From: Octopus bimaculoides
Taxonomy: Eukaryota
DNA: 64,000 bases
NCBI RefSeq assembly: GCF_001194135.2
Contig: NC_069004.1
Location: forward strand, 14,182,719 to 14,246,718
Direction: 5' to 3'
In this document: positions 63,791 to 64,000 of the stretch, piece by piece
How positions within the stretch are numbered: the stretch's first letter is position 1
Layout of the letters: each line of letters opens with the position of its first letter
The notes under the pieces: generated by a model
The model's input: only the letters and a program-made list of their open reading frames with translations
Database searches by the model: none
Told to the model about the DNA's origin: nothing
Position numbers and translations under genes: made by a program

Positions 63791-64000
63791 AACTTCATTC
63801 CACATTTCTCCAGTTCAGTCAGCTGGCAAAAATGAGTAATCCTCCAACGGACCAGCATCTCATCCATGGGGAAATAGGGAAATAAATGTATCATGGAAAC
63901 TGAGAAACCAACCCTATGAGTCTATATAGCTCAGGAAGTATCTCTCTCTCTCTCTCTAGTACTTTATTTCACCTTTGTTGGAAGACTGAAAAGCAAAGTT

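Overview
AT-rich, repeat-dense eukaryotic non-coding DNA from a gapped short-read assembly (7 N-runs, each abutting a (TA)n tract). The repeat content (tRNA-headed SINEs, RTE 3' ends with (GAT)n tails, TA/CA/AAT microsatellites) is most consistent with an octopod cephalopod genome; that assignment is inference from recalled repeat families, not a database search. I cannot support any intact host protein-coding gene, tRNA, rRNA or CRISPR. Nearly all listed ORFs are microsatellite, N-gap, SINE or antisense artefacts. The only recognisable protein sequence is decayed transposon protein: four different R4/Dong-like RLE C-termini, several RTE C-termini, CR1/L2-like 3' ends and a mariner C-terminus. 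Non-autonomous elements include two very abundant SINE families (called A and B here), rarer SINEs, two TTAA-flanked piggyBac-type MITE families and TA-flanked Tc1/mariner MITEs. The most interesting signals are structural: (AAT)n-anchored stacks of same-orientation SINEs and RLE ends, several fold-back hairpins (one pre-miRNA-sized), a palindromic SINE fusion, one repeat motif rearranged by inversion twice, a MITE-derived minisatellite, a diverged tandem duplication with a shared 39-codon frame, and a few isolated strong splice signals. I did not find a clearly novel multi-gene system. Coordinates of decayed repeats are approximate (about +/-20 bp).
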